DNA of 64,000 nucleotides from positions 124,001 through 188,000 of the IMG/VR virus record IMGVR_UViG_3300009104_001827; one strand, 5' to 3'. Positions 27,264 to 36,713 of the stretch are shown here, piece after piece (position 1 is the stretch's first letter; the number at the start of each line of letters is the position of its first letter). The translations under genes and the position numbers were made by a program. The notes under the pieces are model-generated. The model did no database searches, was not told the DNA's origin, and worked only from the letters and a program-made list of their open reading frames with translations.

Positions 27264-29233
27264 TTTTTTCATTTGGATATTTAATTTCAGCGCTAGCAAT
27301 TTCCGGAATTGCTGCATATTTCAGCGTTGTTGGGCTGGCAACCATTTTTCCCGGGGCAATCGGAGCTGTCATAATCATGGGGGGAGTACTTGAAATAGGA
27401 AAAATCATAACGGCCATCTGGTTACATAGAAACTGGAAGACAGCACCACTTCTAATTAGAAGCTACCTTTGTTTTGCGGTATTTACGCTCATGGGAATTA
27501 CTAGTATGGGAATCTTTGGTTTTCTCTCTAAGGCCCACATAGAGCACCAGGTTACAACCGAAAAGACCCAGGCCCTCGCAGCCCAAGTAGAAAATAAAAT
27601 ATCACGAGAGAAAGACTACATAGCCAGGCAAAAAGAATATATTGAAAACCTTGAGTCCAGAACAAGCGAGAGCGCCTCTGACATTCGCATCGACATTGAT
27701 CAAGAAAACGCCAGAATTGCAGACATCACCGAGCAAATGAATAAGGATATAGCATTCGAACAGGGAAGGATTGATGCCGCGAACAAAAAGATTGCAGAGA
27801 TGAAAGCTGAACTTGCAGAGCTAGAAGATAAGGCCGGAGGACTATTCAGCAATAAAAAGAAAAAAGTAGAAGAACTCAAGGCCCTCCAAAAGGAGCCACT
27901 AGAAAGTCTGGCCTCAGAGATAGCGACATACAATAAAAACATCACAGATTTTAGATCCGAAGCCCAAGCGGCTATAAAGAAAATCGAAGATAAAAAAGAC
28001 GCCTTCAGACAAAAAACCGAAGTAAAAGGCGAAAGCTTGGCGCCGGAAATAGAAGAGCACAGTAGAAATATAGCGGCAGCATATAATAAAATAGATGACC
28101 TTGAAAAGGAAAAGTTCAATTATCAAGATAACGCAAAAAATCTCGAGGCAGAGGTTGGTCCCGTTAAATACGTCGCAGAACTAATTGCTGACCTTACGGG
28201 AGTTGAATTCGATATATCCCAGGCAGTCAGAATAGTCATTGTTATCTTAATTTTTGTCTTTGATCCGCTAGCTATCCTCCTGGTTATCGCTGCCAACATC
28301 AGTATAGCCAAGCATTTTCCGCAACATACTAAAGAACTTAAATCCCTTCAGTCTGAAGTCGACAAGCTAGATTCCCTAAAGCTGGAACTCAACGAAAAGA
28401 ATGACGAAATCACAAAAGAAAAAGAACGTCTAGCGTCGGAAGAACACGCGCTTTCTAAAGAGGAAAAAAGAATAGAGAAAGACCTCTGCATGGCGGGAGA
28501 AGTTCTCTTGGCGCTTAAAACAGACATTGACAACCAAACGCAAAAAAAAGAAGACATAAACAAGGATATCCTTGCTGCAAAAAACTCCCTCAAGGAACTT
28601 AAGTCTAACGCCGATAAAGCCAAATCAGACCTTTCCCAGCAGGAGCAGGAAATAAAGGCCAAGTCCAAGGCTATGGCAAACAAAACTCAAAAATTAAAAG
28701 AAGACAAAGCCGCCGCCATTAAGGCTGAGGCAAAAATTAACGCCATTACAGCGAGCACAGAATCCCAGCAGAAAGAATACCAGTCCAAGATAGACGGACT
28801 GCAAGAAACAATCGATGAGCTCATGGCAAGCAAACTCAACATAAAAGAAGAAAAGCTTCAACTAGAAAAAGAGCGCGACGCAATCAAGGCAGACATAAAG
28901 ATTCAACGAGACCTAATTTCCTCACTAGAGAAAACCTATAAAAAGGCATCCAAGACAGGAGGGATTAAAGACGCTTTCTCTAACTACGACCTCTATGAAG
29001 TCGTCACAAACATGGAAGACGGCAACAAATTACTATCGATCAAAGACTCAAGGGAGCGCGTACATCAGTTCATTATCCCCACCATGTATGCAAAGGTAAC
29101 GCACGAATACTTCCATCGCGTGGTAGAGTCGCTAGAATCAATTTTGGACCCCGACGATCTACCACACGAATACGCAATAGAGATTGCAAAATACATTAGA
29201 GGCCCACGCCCGAAATATAAATGCTTGACTTAA
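27260..29233 (+). CDS. Membrane protein with long coiled coils
   Basis: Three N-terminal TM helices (AAYFSVVGL, GGVLEIGK), coiled coil, TM IFVFDPLAI, second coiled coil. Confidence 0.75.
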   Translation: MIFSFGYLISALAISGIAAYFSVVGLATIFPGAIGAVIIMGGVLEIGKIITAIWLHRNWKTAPLLIRSYLCFAVFTLMGITSMGIFGFLSKAHIEHQVTTEKTQALAAQVENKISREKDYIARQKEYIENLESRTSESASDIRIDIDQENARIADITEQMNKDIAFEQGRIDAANKKIAEMKAELAELEDKAGGLFSNKKKKVEELKALQKEPLESLASEIATYNKNITDFRSEAQAAIKKIEDKKDAFRQKTEVKGESLAPEIEEHSRNIAAAYNKIDDLEKEKFNYQDNAKNLEAEVGPVKYVAELIADLTGVEFDISQAVRIVIVILIFVFDPLAILLVIAANISIAKHFPQHTKELKSLQSEVDKLDSLKLELNEKNDEITKEKERLASEEHALSKEEKRIEKDLCMAGEVLLALKTDIDNQTQKKEDINKDILAAKNSLKELKSNADKAKSDLSQQEQEIKAKSKAMANKTQKLKEDKAAAIKAEAKINAITASTESQQKEYQSKIDGLQETIDELMASKLNIKEEKLQLEKERDAIKADIKIQRDLISSLEKTYKKASKTGGIKDAFSNYDLYEVVTNMEDGNKLLSIKDSRERVHQFIIPTMYAKVTHEYFHRVVESLESILDPDDLPHEYAIEIAKYIRGPRPKYKCLT

Positions 29234-29253
29234 TTTAAAAAATAAGCTAAACT
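29225..29253 (+). promoter_or_regulatory. sigma70-type promoter
   Basis: TTGACT, 17 bp, TAAACT; GTG 6 nt downstream. Confidence 0.7.
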
Positions 29254-29259
29254 ATAACG

Positions 29260-29589
29260 GTGAATAAAAAGAAGGTTCTAGAGAGGCTATTACCAAAATC
29301 AAGCCTCACTTCTCGCGGAGACTACTTCAAGCAATACGCAATCTTTAACTCTCTATTTAAAAAATACAACAATGAGAGGTTTTGGTCTGTGGTAAATTTC
29401 GGAGATAAACTAACAAGTCTTTATTTTTTCAAAACCCCATTCGGAGGAGAACTTCTCTTAAAAAAATACCAAGAGTTCTGCTATAGGCCCAAGGGCAAGG
29501 ATCAAAAGTATTCCCTTGGAAAAAAATCCGGCAAAGATGTTTCAATCCCAATAGTCAACAAAACAACCCGAAAGTTTCTTAATGAGTAA
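29260..29589 (+). CDS. Hypothetical basic protein
   Basis: Lys-rich 109 aa; coupled to recA. Confidence 0.7.
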   Translation: MNKKKVLERLLPKSSLTSRGDYFKQYAIFNSLFKKYNNERFWSVVNFGDKLTSLYFFKTPFGGELLLKKYQEFCYRPKGKDQKYSLGKKSGKDVSIPIVNKTTRKFLNE

Positions 29590-30679
29590 AGTAACCGCAC
29601 TAAACCAGATACAATCGTTTCTGGACGATAAAAATAATAAAAAATACCACTTCAACAACTTTGAAGAATTGGACTACAAAATTCCATCTGGAAGCCTAAA
29701 CCTAGATATAGCACTGGGAGGAGGGCTAACGTCTGGCGCACATAGGTTTACAGGAGTTAATGAGGGAGGAAAAACAAGCTGCGCACTCTCCTTCGCAAGG
29801 AACTTCCAGAACTTATTTGAAAAAGACGGAATGGTAATCGTGATTAAAAGCGAGGGCCGCCTAAGTAAAAGCCTACTAGATCGCAGCGGCATAGACACAT
29901 CTCCCTCGAAATTTTTTGTATTAGACTGCAATATATTTGAAAAAGTATTTGAACTTATACGGGACCTAGTTTACAATAACGAAGAAAATAAGAGGTATAT
30001 GTTTATAGTGGACAGCGTTGATGCCCTTTGTAGGATTAACGATATAGATAAATCTTTCGATGAGCCAGAACAGGTCGCCGGAGGAGCTCTTATTACTTCG
30101 GTCTTTCTAAAAAAAATGGTACTCCCAATAAGTAAAATGGGGCATACCCTAATCCTTACTTCTCAAGTAAGAGTGGAGGTTTCAACCAATCCTTACGCAT
30201 CAAGGGGAGGGCCAAAGGTTAAACAGGCGGGCGGAAACGCGATCAAACATTATGCTAATTTTATTCTTGAATTCGAAGAAAGATACAATTCAGATATAAT
30301 GTTCACAAACCCCTCTGCATCAAAACTAGAAGACAAAGGGGACCCAATAGGTCATTATTGCAAGATTCGATTTCGCAAAAGCGTTAATGAAAAAACTGGG
30401 GCTCAAGTTAGGTATCCCATTAAATATGGAAGAACGGACGGAAACTCTGTCTGGAAGGAAAGGGAAATCGCAGACATGATGTTTGTTTTTCAAATGGCAA
30501 TAAAGAAAGGCGCATGGATATCCTTCTCAGAGGACCTCGTAAAAGAACTTGAGTTAAATGAAATTGAACACGAAGCCAAATTCCAAGGTGAACAAAAGTT
30601 CTTACAATACCTTGAATCCAATGAAAAGCTTTGTGATTTCCTCTACGAAGAGTTCAAGAAATTTAGCAATGCGATTTAA
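29582..30679 (+). CDS. recA: RecA/UvsX-like recombinase
   Basis: IPSGSLNLDIALGGG, GVNEGGKT Walker A, IVDSV, GGNAIKHYA. Confidence 0.93.
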   Translation: MSKVTALNQIQSFLDDKNNKKYHFNNFEELDYKIPSGSLNLDIALGGGLTSGAHRFTGVNEGGKTSCALSFARNFQNLFEKDGMVIVIKSEGRLSKSLLDRSGIDTSPSKFFVLDCNIFEKVFELIRDLVYNNEENKRYMFIVDSVDALCRINDIDKSFDEPEQVAGGALITSVFLKKMVLPISKMGHTLILTSQVRVEVSTNPYASRGGPKVKQAGGNAIKHYANFILEFEERYNSDIMFTNPSASKLEDKGDPIGHYCKIRFRKSVNEKTGAQVRYPIKYGRTDGNSVWKEREIADMMFVFQMAIKKGAWISFSEDLVKELELNEIEHEAKFQGEQKFLQYLESNEKLCDFLYEEFKKFSNAI

Positions 30680-31076
30680 AACCATCCAAGGGTCTCTTAA
30701 AAGGCTATCCAAGCCTCACAAATACATAATTGACTGGGAAAAAGAAAGCAGAAGCAAACTACAATTCCAAGTCAAACAATTACTGAAGAAACACTGGAAG
30801 TCTCATGTGGTTTTCGAAGAATTTCCAGTCGCAGGAACCAAAATGTCCCTCGACTTTTATAATGCAAACAAGAAAATAGCGATAGAGGTCCAGGGGAAAC
30901 AACACACAAATTACACCCCTCACTTCCACGGCGGCAACCAAGCAAACTTCCTATCCCAAAAGAGAAGGGATTATCATAAAAAAATCTTTTGCGAAAAAAA
31001 CGAAATTAAACTTATTGAGATACATGAAGGAGAAGATATTGGGGAAAAACTTATCAAAAGTGTATTATATAAATAA
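30669..31076 (+). CDS. DUF559/Vsr-like endonuclease
   Basis: FEEFPV..SLDFY...IAIEVQGKQH, RDYHK; start ATG 30669 preferred. Confidence 0.75.
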   Translation: MRFKTIQGSLKRLSKPHKYIIDWEKESRSKLQFQVKQLLKKHWKSHVVFEEFPVAGTKMSLDFYNANKKIAIEVQGKQHTNYTPHFHGGNQANFLSQKRRDYHKKIFCEKNEIKLIEIHEGEDIGEKLIKSVLYK

Positions 31077-31342
31077 TGAGCAACGAGGATTTAAACCCTA
31101 ACGCACTACCCGAATTCCAAATGCCAAGGAATTTATTAAATCAAATCTATGAATTCACAGGCTCCACGGAGCAAAACAAAGGATTCATTCTTGGCTTTGT
31201 GGACCAAACAGGATCTCCTCAGATAATCTCACATGCATCTTCGCCTATTATTGAAATGGGAATCAGGAAGGCTGTCGAAGAATATTTATCTGAGTTTGGC
31301 GGCATAGTTTTGCCGGGAGTGGACCCAGAAGAGCAAGAGTAA
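31076..31342 (+). CDS. Hypothetical protein
   Basis: TAATG coupling; GTGTAT at 31060-31065. Confidence 0.7.
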   Translation: MSNEDLNPNALPEFQMPRNLLNQIYEFTGSTEQNKGFILGFVDQTGSPQIISHASSPIIEMGIRKAVEEYLSEFGGIVLPGVDPEEQE

Positions 31343-31347
31343 AAATC

Positions 31348-31376
31348 TTGACACAGGGCCCACTTTGTGATACCAT
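31348..31376 (+). promoter_or_regulatory. sigma70-type promoter for helicase operon
   Basis: TTGACA, 17 bp, TGnTACCAT; ATG 10 nt downstream. Confidence 0.75.
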
Positions 31377-31386
31377 ATAAAACAAT

Positions 31387-32907
31387 ATGATTTATTCCTA
31401 TGAATGCGAGCAACAATTACTTGCCGGCTTAATAAAACATCCAAAAATTTATTCAGAGATTGCCACCTTCATTTCCGAAGAGGACTTCTTCAGTCAATCC
31501 AGCCTAGTTAACAAAACTATTTTTTGCGTCCTAAGACAGTCCCTTAGCGCAGGAGAGCAAATAGATGAAGTGATCCTCTCCGAAAGGGTTCAGTCGCTCG
31601 GAATATCATTTGAGGACAACCTAAACCTCTCGGACTATATCAAGGCTCTTGCAATGAGAAAAGTTTCTGCGTCTTCCCTTATGGACACCGCTAGAGAGCT
31701 AAAGAAACTAACCGTCAAGCGAGGACTGTGCGACGCGGCAACGGATATTGTTGAAAAAATAACAGCCCTACCCAATACCACTCCTTACGACGAAATCGTA
31801 CAGTCCGCAGATCAAATTTATAACGATAAAATTAATCTATATCAAGAGGGGTCTGACGCCCCCGAAAATATTTTTGAAGAAATGGAGCAAACCATAGAGG
31901 CTAGAGGGAACGATCCCGTATCCGAATTTGGTTTCTTGGGTCCCCACGACTCCATAAACAATCTTTATGGATCACTCCTTAGGCCTGGAAACATCACTGT
32001 CCTTGTCGCTCGCTCAGGGGTGGGCAAAACCCAGTTTTGCATGGACTTCTGCACAAAAACCTCTGCAAAATACGACAACCTTACAGTGCTCCATCTAGAC
32101 AATGGGGAAATGAGTAAAGAAGAAATCATGAATCGACAGTGTGCCTCCATGTCTGACGTTCCGCTAAACTTGCTTGAGACGGGACAATGGAGACAAGCCG
32201 GAGCTGAGACGGTCAAAAAAGTAAGAGACACATTCAAGAAAATCAAAAACATGAAATTCTTCTACTATAACGTCGGGGGAATGTCTGTGGACAGCATGAT
32301 AAATACGGTTAGAAGGTTTTACTATTCTAGCGTCGGAAGAGGAAACAAGATGATATTAAGTTTTGATTATATTAAAACTACCTTTGAAAAATTTAACACC
32401 AAATCGGAATGGCAAGTTGTAGGAGAAATGGTAGATAAGTTTAAACGCCTAGTTCAAAAAGATATAGTATTCGAAGGAGAACCCATGATAGCCATGATGA
32501 CTAGTGTTCAAAGCAATCGGGCAGGCATTGTCGGAAACAGGAACTCAGACGCTTTAGTTGAAGATGAAAGCATAGTCTCCCTATCGGACCGCATCATACA
32601 ATTCTCCTCCCACCTCCTCAGTCTCAGGCAAAAAACCACAGACGAACTTCAAACTGAGCCCGCAGGATTCGGCTCGCATAGGCTTACATGCCTCAAGCAT
32701 AGACACTTAGGTCCAGAAGTGTATCGAGCGCTCAACCCCATTGAGCTCCCAGATGGATCAAAAAAGAAAAACTTCATCAATCTTGAAATATCAAACTTCA
32801 ACATAACAGACAAGGGAGATCTTCAGGACATGTCAGATCATATGCTGTTAAATAACGTAGAACTCGAACCCGACAACAACTTCTTTCGTGCGCCAGAAAT
32901 ATCATGA
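31387..32907 (+). CDS. dnaB: Replicative DNA helicase
   Basis: ARSGVGKT Walker A, DNGEMSKEE, FDYIK, SVQSNR. Confidence 0.93.
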   Translation: MIYSYECEQQLLAGLIKHPKIYSEIATFISEEDFFSQSSLVNKTIFCVLRQSLSAGEQIDEVILSERVQSLGISFEDNLNLSDYIKALAMRKVSASSLMDTARELKKLTVKRGLCDAATDIVEKITALPNTTPYDEIVQSADQIYNDKINLYQEGSDAPENIFEEMEQTIEARGNDPVSEFGFLGPHDSINNLYGSLLRPGNITVLVARSGVGKTQFCMDFCTKTSAKYDNLTVLHLDNGEMSKEEIMNRQCASMSDVPLNLLETGQWRQAGAETVKKVRDTFKKIKNMKFFYYNVGGMSVDSMINTVRRFYYSSVGRGNKMILSFDYIKTTFEKFNTKSEWQVVGEMVDKFKRLVQKDIVFEGEPMIAMMTSVQSNRAGIVGNRNSDALVEDESIVSLSDRIIQFSSHLLSLRQKTTDELQTEPAGFGSHRLTCLKHRHLGPEVYRALNPIELPDGSKKKNFINLEISNFNITDKGDLQDMSDHMLLNNVELEPDNNFFRAPEIS

Positions 32908-33950
32908 GCCCATCAAAAATACAAGAAACGCTTATATCCTTGGGGTACAAGCTCTCAGACAGAGGGGTGTACTGGCAGACCAACGCCGTATTCAGGAACG
33001 GAGACAACCAAACCGCGCTACAAATATACAAAAACACTGGAGTCTGGAAGGACTACGTTCAGGACACCGCCTTCTCCCCCTTCAAGAGGCTGATTGAGGC
33101 TACGCTCGGGACTAACGATAAAAGCGTTGTAGATAAATATATCAACGATGAGGATGCCGGCCTACTCTATCTAAAAAAAACCACCGCAGCACCAAAGATA
33201 GAAATGGAAGAAATCTACGGAGACGATATGCTAGAGAGGCTACTTCCTCATTATAAATTTTATAACAACAAAGGTATATCCACTGAAATTTTACAAGAAC
33301 TTAAGGGCGGTCTCGCGACCTCGGGCCAACTCAATCAAAGATTTGTTTTTCCTATTTTCAATGATTTAAACCAAATCCATGGATTCTCCGGCAGGGATAT
33401 GTTAGCGAACCCAAGCAAGAGCAGACCAAAATGGAAACACATAGGAAAGAAGAAGAATTGGATTTACCCATTTTACGCAAGCGACAAAACAAAGGAAGCC
33501 ATAAGCGCTAGCAGAACAGTAATACTGGTCGAAAGCATAGGGGACGCATTAAACCTAAAAGAAAACTCCATTGACAATTGCCTAGTTGCCTTCGGTCTCA
33601 ATCTCTCAGGAAAACTGATATGCCACTTAGTATCGCTATCTTTAGATCAAATTGTGATTGCCTTTAACAACGACTCCGACAAGGCAGACAACAGAGGGCT
33701 AACTGCGGCGGTCAAGAGTTACCTTACCCTCCTACAAGTATTTGAAGCCGATAAAATCAAAATCTGCCTGCCGACGAAAAACGATTTTGGAGATATGAAT
33801 AAAGACGACTTTGCCGAGTGGAAGGCAAAAGCCAAGAATGTCACGAACGTCGATCAAAAACCGAACATCATAAACCTTATATCTGAGCTTGCCCCTCAGG
33901 GCAAGATTCCCAAAAAGCTACTTGCACGAAAAAAACTTTTAGAAAAATGA
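32904..33950 (+). CDS. DNA primase (TOPRIM)
   Basis: RFVFPI, GFSGR, KWKH, LVESIGDA, AFNND, NDFG. Confidence 0.88.
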   Translation: MSPSKIQETLISLGYKLSDRGVYWQTNAVFRNGDNQTALQIYKNTGVWKDYVQDTAFSPFKRLIEATLGTNDKSVVDKYINDEDAGLLYLKKTTAAPKIEMEEIYGDDMLERLLPHYKFYNNKGISTEILQELKGGLATSGQLNQRFVFPIFNDLNQIHGFSGRDMLANPSKSRPKWKHIGKKKNWIYPFYASDKTKEAISASRTVILVESIGDALNLKENSIDNCLVAFGLNLSGKLICHLVSLSLDQIVIAFNNDSDKADNRGLTAAVKSYLTLLQVFEADKIKICLPTKNDFGDMNKDDFAEWKAKAKNVTNVDQKPNIINLISELAPQGKIPKKLLARKKLLEK

Positions 33951-35020
33951 GCGCCAAGAAGGTATATCTCTCAGCCAGCAGAATTAAGACCGCACAACAA
34001 TGCTCTTGGACCTATTGGTGCAAATATATCCTTAAACTGCCAGACAAATCCAACGACGGCGCCAGCAAGGGGTGGATCTGTCATTTAATTTTTGAGGTGC
34101 TTGGAAGAAAAGATCGAAACGACATTTTAAATCTAATACTCTCCGATGGCTCAATATGGGGCGTTCCGGCTATCGAACGTCTAGTACTATACCACGCCAA
34201 AAGATTAAACGTTAACACCGACGAACACCTCGGAGAGATCGACAGGATGATACTAAACGGCCTCAATTACGACTTTGGCGGGCAGCACAAGCCGGGACTA
34301 GAAAAAGAATTCTCCGAAAAAGACTTCCAACTTTCAGTGGACGAGGAAGGCATTAAGTATAACATAAGAGGCTTCATAGACAAGCTATTCCTCTACGAAG
34401 ATAAGCGGGCTATAATTAGGGACTTTAAAACCAGTAAGCAAAAATTCAAAGGGAAAGAGCTTACGGACAACATGCAGGACCTAATGTATTGCCTCGCCGT
34501 AAAAAAGATGTTTCCAGAATACAAGAGCGTATCAGAATTTCTTTTTCTTAAATTCGATCTAGATCGAGATTTATTCGGGAGCCCCGGCACAGGAGTAATC
34601 AGGATGGACGATATTAGCGATGACGCCCTAGAGGGGTTTGAGTATGAATTAACAGAAATCCAAAAATACCTAGAAACGTTTGACTCAAGCAAGGCCACCA
34701 GCAATTTTGCGGGGGCACAAGATTACCCCAAGGATGGAACCTTTGGCGGGCCGCTAGCGTGCGGGAAAGATGGATTTAAAAAGTGCAAAGGAGAGAACGT
34801 GCTAGATTCCTCCGGAAACCCAATTAAAGCCTTCATATGTGCCTTCAGGAAGCCCTTTAAGTATTATTCTCTTGTAGACGAAGGGGGGAATATTAAAAAA
34901 AGTGTATTTATTGATGACCTCGAAGGACTAAAGGAGTCCGCACTCGAAGGAGAAACTATCAAGGAAAAAGAATATGAAGGATGCCCATACTGGAAAAGAA
35001 AAGACAGGGGAGAACTATGA
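33947..35020 (+). CDS. PD-(D/E)XK nuclease (RecB/Cas4-like)
   Basis: LSASRI..QQC, RGFIDKL, RDFKTSK, QDLMY, C-terminal CPYW. Confidence 0.85.
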   Translation: MSAKKVYLSASRIKTAQQCSWTYWCKYILKLPDKSNDGASKGWICHLIFEVLGRKDRNDILNLILSDGSIWGVPAIERLVLYHAKRLNVNTDEHLGEIDRMILNGLNYDFGGQHKPGLEKEFSEKDFQLSVDEEGIKYNIRGFIDKLFLYEDKRAIIRDFKTSKQKFKGKELTDNMQDLMYCLAVKKMFPEYKSVSEFLFLKFDLDRDLFGSPGTGVIRMDDISDDALEGFEYELTEIQKYLETFDSSKATSNFAGAQDYPKDGTFGGPLACGKDGFKKCKGENVLDSSGNPIKAFICAFRKPFKYYSLVDEGGNIKKSVFIDDLEGLKESALEGETIKEKEYEGCPYWKRKDRGEL

Positions 35021-35420
35021 ACAAGCCCCTTATGTTGGCACCGCGCTCCTATTCAAGAACCTTATTCTTTTAGCAAAAAGAATAGAGATATGTCCACATA
35101 CAAAAGAACGAGTCAAATACGGCGGGTATTGGTCGATTTTTTGCGGAGCAGTAGAAGAAAATGAAGCCCACTATATCGCTGCACACAGAGAGGTCTTCGA
35201 GGAGACTGGCCTAAATCTAGATAAAAAAATGTTTGTGCATCAAGAATTAGTTGAAGACCTACGCCTATATACTTATGAACTTGATGAAATGGTCCACCCT
35301 ACATTGAATTACGAACACACAGAGTGGGGGTATTTCAAAATAGATCAAATCAAAATAAGCCCCACCCCAATAGACGAAAAAATTGCGGAGAGGATACAGG
35401 GCTTCAGGCGGTCTGTGTAA
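34974..35420 (+). CDS. NUDIX hydrolase
   Basis: GAVEENEAHYIAAHREVFEETGL Nudix box; start uncertain. Confidence 0.88.
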   Translation: MKDAHTGKEKTGENYEQAPYVGTALLFKNLILLAKRIEICPHTKERVKYGGYWSIFCGAVEENEAHYIAAHREVFEETGLNLDKKMFVHQELVEDLRLYTYELDEMVHPTLNYEHTEWGYFKIDQIKISPTPIDEKIAERIQGFRRSV

Positions 35421-35429
35421 TTATAAATA

Positions 35430-36704
35430 ATGAAAAGGAGAACCTTTATAGAGGTTGGCGCAGCAACTGGAATTGGCAGTCTCACCTTGCCCCAATTGCT
35501 TGCGTCAAATAAAAGAGCACTTAATGATAATAAATCGATTATCGTTGTTTGGATGAATGGAGGGCCGTCACATCACGAAACCTTTGACCCTAAACCATAC
35601 GCACCCCAACCATTCAAGGGGCACTTTGAGGCGATCCCTACAGTTGCAGACGGGATACAGCTCCCCGAGCATCTAGTTAAGTGCGCGGACTGCATGGACA
35701 AATGGGCCATAATTAAGGGGCTATACCACGACAACAACAACCATAGCTCTGCGCATGAAATTATGCACTCTGGCTACAAAGCCAAGGAGCCTAATCAGCA
35801 ACAAAATTTTTACCCCAGCATAGGATCAACAATTGCGGAACATGCCAAGAGAGACGGCGAAGTTCCCCCATATGTTGTTATCCCCAACCACAGCAGAGGA
35901 ACTCGTCCCGGATATTTGCCTCATGAATTCGGGCCTTATGAAACAAAGACTCGCCCTTCTTCTAGCGAAACATACAAAGACACGAATTTCACACTCAACG
36001 AATCACTAACCATTAATAGAGTTGACAATAGAGGAGATTTATTAAAATCCTTCGATAACTTTAGGTCGGTTTTAGATAAATCTGGAATGACGAAGTCCAT
36101 TGATGAATTCAACATAAAAGCTCAAGGACTACTTACTAGCGGGCAAGCAGCAAAGGCCTTCGATATTGAAAAAGAATCTACATTCACAAAAGATTTGTAT
36201 GGCCCAGGATTCGGCCGTGATTTACTACTCGCAAGGCGCTTAGTTGAAAACGGCGTAAAAATGGTTACCGTAAAAACTCCCTTTGGCTGGGACACTCATC
36301 AAGCGAGCGACAAAAGCATGGGAAACAAGAACCTGCCCCAGTTCGACGTGGCGTTTAGCGCGTTAATTAACGACCTTCATTCCAGAGGCATGATGGAAGA
36401 CGTTATGGTTGTAGCTTGGGGTGAATTCGGTAGAACCCCAAAGATTAATGCCAATGGAGGCAGAGACCATTGGTCTCGCTCAATGGCTGCCGCCATCGCA
36501 GGAGGAAAGGTGAGCGGGGGCGTTGTCGCCGGAGAAAGCGACAAAACTGGCTCAGAGCCCATAACAGGAATAACCCCTCCAGACGTACTAGTTACGCTTT
36601 ATGACCACATGGGAATAAACCCAAAACACAATTACTATGATCACAGCGGGAGACCTCACCCAATAATTAACTCAGGTAGAATACTTACAGAATTATTCGT
36701 ATAA
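35430..36704 (+). CDS. DUF1501-family protein with Tat signal
   Basis: MKRRTFI Tat motif; MNGGPSHHETFDPKP, GWDTH, WGEFGRTPKINANGGRDHW; GTGTAA at 35415-35420. Confidence 0.9.
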   Translation: MKRRTFIEVGAATGIGSLTLPQLLASNKRALNDNKSIIVVWMNGGPSHHETFDPKPYAPQPFKGHFEAIPTVADGIQLPEHLVKCADCMDKWAIIKGLYHDNNNHSSAHEIMHSGYKAKEPNQQQNFYPSIGSTIAEHAKRDGEVPPYVVIPNHSRGTRPGYLPHEFGPYETKTRPSSSETYKDTNFTLNESLTINRVDNRGDLLKSFDNFRSVLDKSGMTKSIDEFNIKAQGLLTSGQAAKAFDIEKESTFTKDLYGPGFGRDLLLARRLVENGVKMVTVKTPFGWDTHQASDKSMGNKNLPQFDVAFSALINDLHSRGMMEDVMVVAWGEFGRTPKINANGGRDHWSRSMAAAIAGGKVSGGVVAGESDKTGSEPITGITPPDVLVTLYDHMGINPKHNYYDHSGRPHPIINSGRILTELFV

Positions 36705-36713
36705 TATAAACAA

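Noticed and set aside
33947-35020. Cas4-like nuclease as CRISPR component
   Set aside because: No array or other cas genes; sits with helicase and primase as a common phage recombination nuclease
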